The notes: generated by a model not told the origin, from the sequence alone. Counted from the first letter of the stretch, positions 37,418-49,745 are shown. The stretch: DNA of 64,000 bases from Nemertoderma westbladi (GCA_032718475.1 JAUCBJ010004510.1:24459-88458); one strand, 5' to 3'. A program made the numbers and translations.

Positions 37418-39407
37418 GCTCATGTATTTCCTACGAAACAGAAATCAATTATTCTAAACGAGTTAATTATTGATGTATCGAAATCAATTATTCTATAAAA
37501 ATACCCAAAAGGGAAATATATTTACTCAACATTGGAAGAAAATGTGCTCTGTCAGGATAGTCGAGGCACCATTATGGGAAATTGCTCACACGAAGAAACT
37601 GTACATTATAGTACACATCCAGCATGCATTGTCAATGGGGGCTACAAATATCATTGTGCGCACGGGTGAAACAGACGTTTTAGTAATACTGATCGGAGTT
37701 CACTTTTATTTATTATCCAATCATCCCAGACTGAACATATGGTTAGCATTCGGTTCTGGAAAACATTTTAAATATTTCAATGTGAATAATATATCCCAAA
37801 AGTTAGGTGAGGACAAATCAAAGGGTTTATTGATGTTCCATGCCCTTAGTGGCTGTGACACCGTGTCCCACTTCAGAAATATTGGCAAAATAACTGCTTG
37901 GAAAACTTGGTTGGTACAATTCAATGCGAATTCAAAGCGTTGGAAAAATTTGTCATACGTATGGATGACAGAAAATCAAACAGAACGAGTATAAATAATA
38001 CAAGACGGGATCTATTCACCAAACGCAACTGCGTGATTGATCGCTTGCCACCAACTCAACACGCCCTTTACCAACATGTGATGCGGGCTAGTTTGGGCAG
38101 TCTGCACACAGGACAAACCGATACTCCCTTCACCAGCGGATTTCGGTTGGGTATTTAATACTCAATGGAATCCCGTCTGGAGTTCACTTCCAGACGCTGC
38201 AACGATGTGCTACAAAGTCATTAAATGTGCATGCAAAAAGCGCAATTACACAAACTGCAAGTGTGGGAAGGCTGGGTTTAAATGCACTGAATTATGCACT
38301 TGCACTTGCTCTTGTTATTGATCACATATGATTCGTATAATTAAAAGAATTGGAATAACTATAATACTAAATAATTTTAATTTACAGTTTTCTGGCTGTG
38401 TATTTGATGTATAAACACGTTATCCTCATAAAGCCAAAAGTGCAATATTTTTTAAATATGGATATCACATTTTGTTACTATGGAGAAGTGCATTGCAGCT
38501 CCAATACAACTAACAACTAACCATCTTAATCTTATATTGCTACACAACGCTGTTTATCCCCACTTTCAGTCTTAATTATACTAAATTTCAGGCAGTTCCT
38601 AGGAATAGGTCACCTTTGTTGCTATGGACACGTGTATCAGCGCCAATGTTATTACTAACAATCTTCTATTGCTAGACAGGTTGATTATCCCAAGTTTCAA
38701 TCATAATTTCATTAAATATACAGCGGTTGCTAGGGAAAGGTCTCCTTGTTGCTATGGAAACGTGTACAGACTTATATTATAAACTAACCCAGTTAAATAA
38801 TCATAATTTTTGTTTATGGCGAGTTTCAATAACAGAAATGACCAATTTTACCCGGTTGCTATGAAAAAGTCACCCTGTTGCTAGGGAAGTAGTCAATTTT
38901 TTTGGTACACAGGCTCAGATTAATCTACACATTTTTTTACATATATAGTCACATTTTCATGCTTTTGTCCGGCAATTAACGATTTTCACCTTAAGCGACC
39001 CCACTACAGGAGTTGAAGAGTACAATAATTGTAATCGCAGTAACTATACTGTATATTGTAAAATACTACACAGGTCAATTATTTTTGTAACACTCATTCT
39101 GTCATTTATTAAAAATTAAGCAATAAAAAAGTACCAATTTAATATATATTTTTTTAATATTAACTCGACCCTTTATTAACATCGAAAATAATGGAAAAAG
39201 TATTTTTATTTCTGAGAATTATTATTCATATTTCTATATTTTCTTTATGCTCGTCACCAAAGCAATGAATGGGCAGTTTATTTGAGTATTATGAAGGACG
39301 AATTCTAGAATTATATTTATTGTAATGGGAAATTTTTAAAATTATATTCTAGAACTCGGTTTTAATATTTTATTTAAAATAAAACATAGCAAAGGAGAAG
39401 GTTACAA

Positions 39408-39900
39408 CTACTACTACCACTATCGGGATGCTGCATTGTAATTACATATATTAAGAATGCTGTGCCGGTTTATCGACAAAATTGCGCCGCCACAACTCCA
39501 TATCACCCATGACATTTGCTAGATCATCCGCATCTTCAAGGATCAAGGCCACTGTCCTAAGTGCCTTAAGCGTCTCAAGAAAGTCATGGGCTGTCCACCA
39601 AGCTTATTCGCTCCATGAGGTCGCCAAAGCACAAGATTATGCACTGGCTGGTCCTCACAGCGAAAGCAATGTCCTGCAAAGTGGAGGCGGCTCCGTTCAA
39701 TTGTCAAGCTAGGGGAGAATAATGAAACACCTCCAATGTTTTATAGAATCTGATTGGAGATGTGTTCAATGAACTTGACACAATGAACCCGGCGCAGCAT
39801 TCTTGTGAAAGTGTCATCCAGAGATTTGGTGTCCTCAGCAGTTGAGTCCAGCATGGACTCGGCCAAGTGGACTGGTTATACTGCTGTCTTTATGGTGGTA
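39408..39900 (-). mobile_element. Degenerate LINE 3' fragment, same family as 35736-35906
   Basis: Reverse complement shares GATGCGGATGATCTAGCAAATGTCATGGGTGAT and the TAG-repeat tail. 5' boundary approximate. Confidence 0.75.
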
Positions 39901-40380
39901 ACCATTCATTGCCTATAACAAAGTTATGGTGACCCTTCATTTCATATAAATAAAGGTTAAACCAGAAAATCTGGGACTTATTTTCCCCAATAAAGTTGTG
40001 GTAAAAACAATACCACTGTGTGCTTCTTCAGTTTTTCTACCAGAAAATGGTTGCGGTGAAATATTCGTATATCACCCCCCCCCCCCCCCCTCCCCTATCT
40101 ACGTCTCCCCTAGTCGCCCCCCCTCCCTCCCCTCCCACACCATTTCGTCTAGCCTAGTTACAAAGTCCCAAAAGTCCCTATCAAATTCGACACAAACCCC
40201 CATCCCTCAATGCGTGGCCGTGGCATACTTTGCGAAACCTGCGATGATCAATTCAAAAAGGGAAAATAAATTAAACACTATTTTTATTAAACAACTAACT
40301 GATTATTATTCATATTGACAAAAAAAACATAAAATATGTATTAAGTAACACCAAGTTTTTAATAAACAACGTTATTTGCG

Positions 40381-41064
40381 TTATTTACTCTTTAAGAATT
40401 CCCTCCAATTCGGCATACATTCCGTCGGCACACCACTTAGTGTACATCGCTCCTCTACCAACGGCTTAATAATCCCAAAAAGTGCCTCGCTTCCGGACTT
40501 CGCGAGATGCAGCCCATCTATTAGCATCTCTTCCCACCCGGGAACCTTCATAGCCGCGTGCAGATCGGCCACAGGGACTCCAGACTGGCGCCCAACCTCC
40601 CGCACAACCTCGGCGTACGGCCCCGGGTCGCGCTCCTCGAAAGGAATATCGTCCAACACGCATTGCGTCTTCCACGCGCTATTGTTACAATTCGGAGGGG
40701 TTACCAAAATAATTTGGTCTTTAATCGCCCCTCTCGATTCCAGAAAGTTAATTATTTTCCCCAAGTTTTCTCGGAATTGCGGAATATCGATCCTTTGAAA
40801 TCCAAGCGAACAGTCATTGGCTCCGAAGAAAACCACGATAGCGATTGAATTTTGAACTAAATGAGTTGTGAGTACTTCTCCTAGAATCGGTTGTATCCAT
40901 GAAGTGTTGTAACCCGAGAAGCCGCGGTTGATGACGTCACAGCGGCGTTGGAGAGCGTCTGCCAGCATGCGAGCCCATCCCCCCTCTACACCGAACCCGT
41001 ATTGAGTTATGGAATCGCCCAATAGCACCACATTGGGAAATGTCTTTGGCGGAGTACTGGTCAT
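40381..41064 (-). CDS. IAH1: Isoamyl acetate-hydrolysing esterase (SGNH/GDSL family), intronless
   Basis: GDSITQ, DVINRGFSGYNT, FFGAND and DGLHL blocks. Confidence 0.92.
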   Translation of the reverse strand: MTSTPPKTFPNVVLLGDSITQYGFGVEGGWARMLADALQRRCDVINRGFSGYNTSWIQPILGEVLTTHLVQNSIAIVVFFGANDCSLGFQRIDIPQFRENLGKIINFLESRGAIKDQIILVTPPNCNNSAWKTQCVLDDIPFEERDPGPYAEVVREVGRQSGVPVADLHAAMKVPGWEEMLIDGLHLAKSGSEALFGIIKPLVEERCTLSGVPTECMPNWREFLKSK

Positions 41065-41224
41065 AATTTGAGTGTAACTTATTTATTGTACCGGTACAAC
41101 TAAAATGAAAAAGAATCAAATAATATCATGATAATACAGTAGTTGTTGCTTACTATCATAACTGAGTGATAGTAAGTGTTTCTACCACAGCTACAGCACC
41201 AGTATCCTATAATAAGACTAATAT

Positions 41225-41485
41225 GAATGGGAGAATCTTTTAGGCTCGTTAAGCCAAGGAATGCCTGTTCACCACCATGGGTGATCTTCCACAGTAAACC
41301 ATTCCACTCTGTTTCCCAAGTTGCCTTGGTTCCCATTTATCGACCACTGAAGGATGAAAACCGGGGTTGGGCTAGGCTGCAGCATTTAAAGCACTGTACC
41401 CAAACAGTGCTGACCCATCTAGGGATCGAACCAGGGCTCCCTATTCGGAAGCCCAGTAATGTCACCACTAGACCAAGCTGCTGCT
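41225..41485 (-). mobile_element. tRNA-derived SINE with a Deu/Nin-domain-like core
   Basis: Minus strand: A box TGGTCTAGTGG, B box GGTTCGATCCC, then TTCATCCTTCAGTGGTCGATAAATGGGAACCAAGG, which resembles the Nin/Deu core as recalled. Confidence 0.7.
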
Positions 41486-43182
41486 AATATAATATAAACT
41501 AATAAATAAACTAATATAGCTTTATAAATAAATAAATAAACTAAACTAATATAATAGAATAGAATAATAAAATAAATGTGTAACCTGTTCTATTGTGTTT
41601 AGTTTATTATTTTAGTTAAAATAACGTGTCACTGTAACCTGCTCCTTTCTCTAAATTGAGAATTTAACATTGAGGCGGGATATTAATTCGCCAAGATGGG
41701 ATTTGCGTCGTGCCCCCCCCCCCCCCCCCCCCCCCTGTCTCCCATTTGCACCAAATATTGTTGCCATATGATTAATTATTATTGGTGACAGATTAGGGGT
41801 ATCAAGGTCGTTTTCTTAGGCGAGTCAATCTAGCATAATACCCAAAAGTAATTCGCAATCAATCCCGAACCACATTTTTTGTGTACAGTGGCACAGTTTG
41901 CCATCATGTTTGAAGAGGATAGTTCAGTCGATCGATAGTCATTATTGGACTAAACTTTGTTTTCACAAAATTTGGGAAAAATGTCACCAATAGTTAGGTA
42001 CCTCGTTGTTATGTAAAATCCATATTGCTAAGGAAAGAAGCATGTCATTGAAAGTGATCCGCATATTTGTTGATAGTTGGTGTGATATTAGCAAGATAAT
42101 GTAGAATCAAAAATATTGGTTCAGATGAATTGCGAATCTGTTTTGTGTTACCCCCTGTTTTTCGCTAGATTGACTGTACTATTATTTTAGTATTGCATTT
42201 GCAGTTATTCTGTGCCAGGCAATCTCTACCATAGCTTCTACCAATTACAGGCCTCAAATTAACTAGCATATAGTTCGATGATATAAACTTAAATAATTCG
42301 CTCAACTCAGAAACAGTAAACTGCCTCATGTACCTCATGTAAAGTGTCTCATGGACGATTCTCCATCGTTCTAGCATGTATGAAGCCATTACATGCTATG
42401 ATAATTTTAAGATTGTTTACCTTACAGTTGTAACTAATTCAAACAATTGCATAAAAGGGTATGATTTACGTTAATTTTATTATAAACATTAAAATATAAA
42501 AGTGATATTGAGCGTCCCGAACGCCGATAAGTTGACATGACATTCCACTATGAATATGGCATGGCACTCACTATTCCACGTTAAAAACTGTCATAACGCT
42601 GAAAAGTGGTTATTAATAGCACATGGCCAAGGTTGACATGATATCTATGGTAGAGCAGCATTCGGTCCATTCCAAGGAGTATTCCATGGAGGGGACAGTC
42701 TGAGTATTCCGGGAGGGGACAGTCGGTGTATTCCGGGAAGAGGACAACAGCTCGTCTCCTACTTGATAATGAGGCGAGTGATTCAATACCGACGTTTCAA
42801 CACGATTCGCACATGTTAATCTAATTCCATGTATTTTAGTATTTTCAATGAAGTTTCAATGAAGTCTTATTACTTTCTATACAAATATTTATACAACAAT
42901 TTCAAGATGTTAACGGTTTATGTAACATATTTTTGGAAGCAATCCACAATATAACGTTGTCGAAGTAGAAAAGCTCACACAATTCGAACTATTATGATTC
43001 TTATGATTATTAATATTGTATTTCCGAACAAAGATATGATACCAAATAAATGTTTGATGCGATTTATTTACTCTTGCAAAACACGTCAAAGAACACCGAA
43101 TACTTTGATAAAAAACTAATTATACAACTTGTCTATATATATTTTATTAGTGTAATTATATACTGCACTCTAACTCCCAGTG

Positions 43183-45476
43183 TTAGTGTTTTATTATGAG
43201 AAGGAATATTAGGAATATAAAGATTCCAATTAGAATCACAACCTGTCGTCTATATTGCCTCACAATGGGCGCTAAATTTAATGGAACTGGTATAGGAGGA
43301 TATCCGCTTACCAATTCGACCATCTCATATTGGGCAAACCTGAAAGAAATACAAATTTACAACAATTATTGGAAGTATATTATATACATATATAGTAATT
43401 TATTGTTAGATCATTATATGCTTTTATTATTATCATCAATAATAATACTACACTATTAAATTTATTAATTAAGCCGATTTAAGTTCATATAATGTATCTA
43501 TCTCTATTATATAAATCGTCCTCCCTGTGCTCCCTCTGTACATAAATATACTCAACTTATGACTCTGAAAAAGTGCTACTTTTCGCACCATGATAGTTAC
43601 AAATCACATAAAACGAACAACTCGATTATGACGAAGTGCTTACCTGCCCAGTTGACCACCTCGTGGTATTTGGGTCTGCCCAACCTGAAAAAGTATGAAT
43701 GAGGCATTTTAAGAATATAGCAGGTTTACATTCATTTATTTATATAGTCCTAAACCCTGAGCATATCATATGAGACAGAAAAAATGTATATTTTTGTCAC
43801 AAGTAACATTCAAAGTCATTATATAACATTATTATTGTTTACTAACCTGATTCGTTCCTTCTTCATTTGTATTATACAATTCCTGAGTGCGAATTTGTTG
43901 TTGATATTCTTGGTTGTAAGTTTGTTGCTGTTGGTTAAAGTCAAGTAGGGCGTTCGTGCTAAAATAATATAATATTTGGATTGGACAACATAGATCATCT
44001 AATGTATATGTTGTTTGTTCAAGTAAGACATCGTTACCTCATATAATTTTTCACACATAAAAAATAATAGCTGTACCTTGGTTGTCTGGCAATATTTATT
44101 TGCTCTGGGTAAGGATCAGGTAACTGTTCATTGTAGCCTTGATATTGTGTTTCTGGTGCAAGTGGTTCTGTTTGTTTTGGTGTTTTTTTTCCAAACAGCT
44201 TGACCTTAAAGGGCTTCTTCTTGGCAGGTTCTTCATCTTGTTGTTGATATTGTTGAGCTGAATTAGGTGGTGGCTCTTTGGGTGGCGATTTTTTGCCAAA
44301 CAACTTTTTCCGTTTCTTCTGTGGTTGCTCATCAGTGTTTGGTGGTGGTGGCTCATATTGACTTGGTCCTGGTGAGATTCCAGGCATCTGTGCAGGTCCT
44401 CTATCATAGATAGTATCCGGTGGTGAGGGTGGTGATTTCTTTCCAAACATTTTGAAGGGTTTTTTCTTAGCAGCCCCATGCTCTTGTTGTTCATATTGAC
44501 CAGTCTCTTGAGGCGACTGTTCAGTTGGCGATTTTTTTCCAAACAACTTTTTATGAAACTTCTGTGGTGAATTGACTTTACCTGCTGATTGATGTGGTCC
44601 TATTCCATTCGGCGAAGCTGGACTGGAGAGCGGTGGGCTTGGTCGAACTCCTGGAATCGCAGATGGTGCTGGTGGATGTGGTCTTATTCCTTTAGGTGGT
44701 GGGGTCCTGGGTGGTGTGCCCAGTTGTCCAGGGTCCAGTGTATGTGGACTAGGTGTTCTTGGTCTAGACATTCCATTTCCCTTAAGTTGTTGTGCAGATG
44801 GGGCTTGTGGAGGTGGTGGCGGTGCTCTTCTCTTTGGCGAGATTGGGCTAGGTGGTGGTGTACCTGGTGATCTTGGTCCAGGTGGAACCGCCGGCATCGC
44901 TCCTTTTCCCTTGAGCTGTTGTGCAGATGGTGCTTGCGGAGGTGGAGGTGGTGCTCTTCTCTTTGGCGAGATTGGGCTAGGTGGTGGTGTACCTGGTGAT
45001 CTTGGTCCAGGTGGAACCGCCGGCATCGCTTCTTTTCCCTTGAGCTGTTGTGCAGATGGTGCTTGTGGAGGTGGAGGCGGTGCTCTTCTCTTTGGCGAGA
45101 TTGGGCTAGGCGGTGGTGTACCTGGTGATCTTGGTCCAGGTGGAACCGCCGGCATCGCTCCTTTTCCCTTGAGCTGTTGTGCAGATGGTGCTTGCGGAGG
45201 TGGTGGCGGTGCTCTTCTCTTTGGCGAGATTGGGCTAGGTGGTGGTGTACCTGGTGATCTTGGTCCAGGTGGAACCGCCGGCATCGCTCCTTTTCCCTTG
45301 AGCTGTTGTGCAGATGGTGCTTGTGGAGGTGGAGGCGGTGCTTTTCTCTTTGGTGATATTGGCCTAGGCGGTGGTGTACCTGGGGGTCTTTTTCCAGGTG
45401 GAACCCCAGGCATCGCTCCCTTTCCCATCAGTTGTTGAGGGGATGGTGCTGGTGGGGGTGCTGGTGGTTTTACCAT
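43183..45476 (-). CDS. Proline-rich, C-terminally membrane-anchored protein of unknown family; 4 exons (45476-44077, 43958-43847, 43684-43644, 43339-43183), 569 aa
   Basis: Three GT-AG introns join in phase (1400+112+41+157 = 1710 nt). Five 43-aa/129-bp repeats. Ends RQYRRQVVILIGIFIFLIFLLIIKH*. Confidence 0.75.
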
Positions 45477-46074
45477 ATTTACTGTTGTTCAACGGATGCC
45501 AATTAAATATATTCTTAAACCATATTATTATAACAGTTTTATAGGTTGTTATATATCTTAATATGTATGTATGTTTTGTATGTCTTTTGCATTTTATATC
45601 AAATGTGAACCAGACCAATTTAGTGAGGGCACTGTAGTGCAGTATCTGTACACCCTCCAATAAATTTTTTATATTAGCTAGTTTAGTACCAGTGTAGCCC
45701 ATGTCACCATTATTTTGTTTTTTTAGATGTTTTTTGCTTAGTGATTTATGTTCTGGGTCAATAAGCAATGGACTCATTACATGTTCAATTTTCGTGATAG
45801 CTAGATAGTGTTTTTTCATTATAGCTAGATGTTTTAAACGCAAAAAATAACATTAATTTAATATTTTTCGAAAAACAAAATTTTTTGGTATTAAAAAAAA
45901 ACGATCTACCATATAAAAACACTAACTACCATTGTTCTGTAGGCCCTACCATATATCCCAGTTGTTGTGTTAAAATGCTGCGTGCCTATTTTATTTGGTG
46001 ATGTCAGATTGGTTTAATTAAAATTCCTGTTAATCGTTTATATAATTTGTTATGTCATGTTATTCAATGATCAT

Positions 46075-46470
46075 GGATAGAGAGTCGCAAAAAGACATTA
46101 GGAATGCAAAGGCTTAGGTAGCTCTATCGAAAATGGATACCATCTGTAAATCAGATCTCTCCAGGCACCTGAAGTCCAAGGTCTTTCGAGCCACAGTTGA
46201 AAGTGTACTTTTATACGGGGGTGAGACCTGGACACTGACTAAATCACTTGAACAACGTATTGATGGTTGCTACACAAGCCAAAACTAAGGGCAGCCCTAA
46301 ACATCAGCTGGAGACAACACATGACAAACGCAGAGATTAATGTACCACCTGTGCCAAGTGTCAACCACCCTCTGTGAACGCAGATTAAGATTCAGTTGGC
46401 ACTGCTGGAGAAGTAAAGACGAGGTCATACCAGTTCTACTTTTCTGGCAAACAACTCATGGAAAGTGTAG
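46075..46470 (+). mobile_element. Degenerate RTE-like LINE fragment (post-RT region)
   Basis: KSDLSRHLKSKVFRATVESVLLYGGETWTLTKSLEQRIDGCYT and RRLRFSWHCWR, with frameshifts. Confidence 0.8.
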
Positions 46471-46927
46471 CTGGTTCCGACATCCTACTTCTTTCTATAA
46501 ATATTTTGTAGTAGCTAGTTTTTATCACTATTTGTATAGACAATATTCCAGAACATGTTGGCTATTCACTTTTTAAAAAATTATGTTCTAGAACAATTAT
46601 TTTTTGTTCTAGAACATTTTTTTGAAAAAATCTGGATTCTATTTAAAACGCATGGAATCGTTCTAAAACGTGTTTAAAATCAATAAAAAAAATTGTGAAA
46701 AAAATATTTTTTTTATTGATTTTAAACACGTTTTAGAACGATTCCATGCGTTTTAAATAGTATCCAGATTTCTTACAAAAAAATGTTCTAGAACAAAAAA
46801 TACTTAATTAGAACATAGTTTTTTTTAAATGAATAGCTAACAAGTTCTGGAACATTTTCTATACAAATAGTAATAATAACTAGCTACTACAAAATATTTA
46901 TACGTGGAAGTAGGATGTCGGAACCAG
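46471..46927. mobile_element. Fold-back (near-palindromic) element
   Basis: CTGGTTCCGACATCCTACTTC ... GAAGTAGGATGTCGGAACCAG; arms of ~220 bp centred near 46700. Confidence 0.8.
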
Positions 46928-48382
46928 TGTTGAAATTACTAGCTAAACCTACCTAAAACACTAGCTACCATAAAATGTAGTCTCTTGCTTAACGAGGAGA
47001 CATCAATTACGTCCGTTGACCAAGTTGCAGTAAATGATAATTTATAGAACTCTCCCCATACTAAAATATCTAAATATTGTAAAAAAAACTGCATAAACAC
47101 TTCAAGTGACCTGTTAGGCAGTATAAATATACCGGTACTGTAGTAGGCCATGGGTACATAGGTACTGTAGGCCTACCGGTAGATATTGTTTTTTATGCAA
47201 CTTTAGTTGTATTGAAAATGAATCATTCTAGAATAAGCAAAACATGTAAATAAAATAAAAAATATATATTTTTTACTAATATTTTTTAATGGTTAGTATT
47301 TAAAAAAATAATACTGTAGCTACCATTAAAAACATTATGGATGAATGCATATACGTTCTAAAACATAAAAATTAAAAATCAAGGAAACGTTACCTAGTGA
47401 AAAACAATTAGATGGGTGTGTCGACATGACGAAATAGTAGTAACATGTAAAGTCTCAAAACATGTTCCATATCATAAATCACAAGCCAAAAACAGGATTT
47501 TTTAGTATTTTTAATAAACACTAACTATATCATATGAAAACACTAAATACCATTGAAAACACTAGCTAGCTACCACAAAAATTTAACATGTAACGAATCA
47601 AAATCACAAAAAAATCACAAAAAACATAAACCAAGAGCAACAAACAGCTATTGTGAAGGTAGAGTAAGCGTAATTTTGACACGGGCGACACTAGTACCAA
47701 CTAGTTTTTTAATTTTTTTTATATGAAAATTTTCTTGAACATTTTAAATATAAATTAAAAAAAATGTCAATGTTCTAGAACAAATATTTATTTGTTATAG
47801 AACCTTAATAATATATTTTTTGGCGTATTGATTTATATTCGATTGTTGTCAATAAAAATTCATTATATCAAATTGCCGTGGTAGCTAGTGATTTTTATGG
47901 TAGCTACAGTAATGATTTTTTTATTAGCTACAGTAGGTAAACAAAGTTGATTTTAATTATTAATTAGTGTTGCACGACATTAATTAGGCCTACAAAAACT
48001 AAAAACATATATTCCATGTTTTTCGAACATTGTTCTAGAACAAATAATATATGTTATATAATGAAGTAAATAGCTAACATGTAGAGTATTTTCAAAATGT
48101 AGCAAAAACTAGCTATATAAAATTTTTATTTATTTCAAACTACTGTAGCTACTGTAATGAAAAAACACTATCTATTTTAGAGATGACTAGCGACAATGAG
48201 TGTTCTATTTAAGTAGTTACCAAGAAACTTATTATAAATAACGCAAATAAATAGCTCGATAATCAGATTTGGGAAATTATTGGGCATTGCAAAAATAGGT
48301 CGTGTGTTCTTTTCAGTGAGTTGACATCCATTTATTAACATATAGCAAAGATAAACGGGACATTAGGACCTGATTAAAATTA

Positions 48383-49060
48383 CAAAATAATTATTTATTA
48401 CATGGGAAAAAAAGTAGAACTTTTTTTCGTTATACTCGAGGCATTTTATTTACCGAGCGTTAGCGAGGTCGAAAGAATATTGAAAAAAAAATGTTCTACT
48501 GTACGTTTTTTTCCCATGTAATAAGTAATTTTATTCTTAAATAGGTACTTTTTTGTTGCTTAATTCTGTAATAAAACAGCGATATACTACAGTACAGTTG
48601 TGTTACAAAATAAATTGAACTGCAGTATTTTACTAGATTGCTTCCATAGTTACTGCGATTCAAATTATTGTACTCTTCAACTCCTGATGCTGCCTTACTC
48701 AACGAAAATAATTTAGTGTTCTCGAATATTTATTACGTAACTAGAGAGCCGCTTAAAATCAATATTGGATATTGAGTTCCGTTTTGGTGTACGCCACGCA
48801 GACACTAAAGTTGCCATAACTTTTGAGTGTTTGAATGGATTTTGCTCAAATTACTTTAAAACATTTTCTACATCGATAGTCTTTCACCACATGTAATAAA
48901 ACTTAAAAAATTTCACCAAAAATAATTTACTTTACTTTTTTCGCCGGGCAAAAAAGTAAAATCAATGCATTCCTATTGATTATTTGTTTTCCCTAGGGAA
49001 CTTTTTCTCCCGATTTTGGGGTGTATTCGACTGAAAAAGTAACAATTTTAGAATAAAATA
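48383..49060 (+). mobile_element. Family A repeat, uninterrupted copy (possibly a non-autonomous Crypton-like element)
   Basis: Starts with an internal inverted repeat TTATTACATGGGAAAAAAA...TTTTTTTCCCATGTAATAA around a CGAGCGTTAGCGAGG loop. Shares its body with 51541-52670 and 32128-39250. The Crypton assignment is only a recalled resemblance. Confidence 0.65.
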
Positions 49061-49552
49061 AATTTTTTTCCAATATTTCATTAATTAATTTACACTTAAC
49101 AAACATTGATAAATCCAATAATACCTTTCTAAGTGTGCGGTGGTGGCGGGAAATATGAAAAGGGCCATGGGATCATATTCTGTATCATTGCCGGTAACAC
49201 TATTACAGTTTAGCGTTCTCATTTTTCCCTGAAGAAGGCATATATATATTTTTATAGACTTTTTATGGGCAATAACAAAATAATATAAAATCAATAAATT
49301 TAGTTTTTGTTGATTGCGAATTTCTTTTATGTTTTTTTCTAGATTGACTCGACTATGTTGACTTTGTTGTGTACTGTAGGCCTACTGTACTTGTCCATTT
49401 TCACCGTGACTTATCAGTTATCCCGCTACAGTGTTTACAGTTACTTACAGTTCCCCCATTATAACTTCCGTTTAGGTTTTGTTAGAACTGTATTATTAAT
49501 AATTGTAAGATATTGAGGAATGTTGATTAATGTAGCTGACACCCGATAAATG

Positions 49553-49745
49553 ATATAAATTAAAAACGTTTTTAGCCAGTAACAGTTTTTATTAATTTAA
49601 TATCACAGTAAAAATATAATTTATTTATATAAAGTAAAATAATTATAGGTGATAATTATTTTACTTTATACAAATAAATTATATTTTTACTGTGATATTA
49701 AATTAATAAAAACTGTTACTGGCTAAAAACGTTTTTGATTTATAT
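49553..49745. repeat. Near-perfect AT-rich palindrome, ~94-bp arms, 5-nt loop
   Basis: Arms pair around AGGTG at 49647-49651 with very few mismatches. Confidence 0.9.

Larger units (their letters stand above)
34540..38320 (+). pseudogene. Fragmented Academ transposase / XPG-like nuclease / Cys-rich zinc finger gene
   Basis: Pieces: HITRTRKAHQ, LDQAHEQENEKVKGSGGVIGLTEN, FFAHENHPYPPSLS, VRTGETDV, FHALSGCDTVSHF (H3TH-like), LPPTQHAL and a terminal KCACK..CKC..CTELCTCTC. Many stops and frameshifts. Confidence 0.85.
32790..39006 (+). mobile_element. Academ-superfamily DNA transposon (defective) with ~430-bp TIRs and 3-bp TSD CAG
   Basis: CAG|TAGTGGGGTCGCTTAAGG ... CCTTAAGCGACCCCACTA|CAG; internal transposase/XPG-like/Cys-rich coding remnants. 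Confidence 0.88.
32128..39250 (-). mobile_element. Dispersed ~0.7-kb repeat (family A), copy split by nested insertions
   Basis: 32128-32789 joined to 39010-~39250 is the reverse complement of the copies at 48383-49060 and 51541-52670. Outer boundaries approximate. Confidence 0.75.

Noticed and set aside
42678-42745. Three ~24-bp direct repeats (GTATTCC...GGGGACAGTC); similar short CAACAGTC repeats at 61070-61150
   Set aside because: Too short and isolated to interpret; probably local slippage or transposon remnants.
44716-45438. Gly-rich collagen- or silk-like ORF on the plus strand
   Set aside because: Antisense of the proline-rich exon; no Gly-X-Y periodicity; the minus-strand model has in-phase splice sites.
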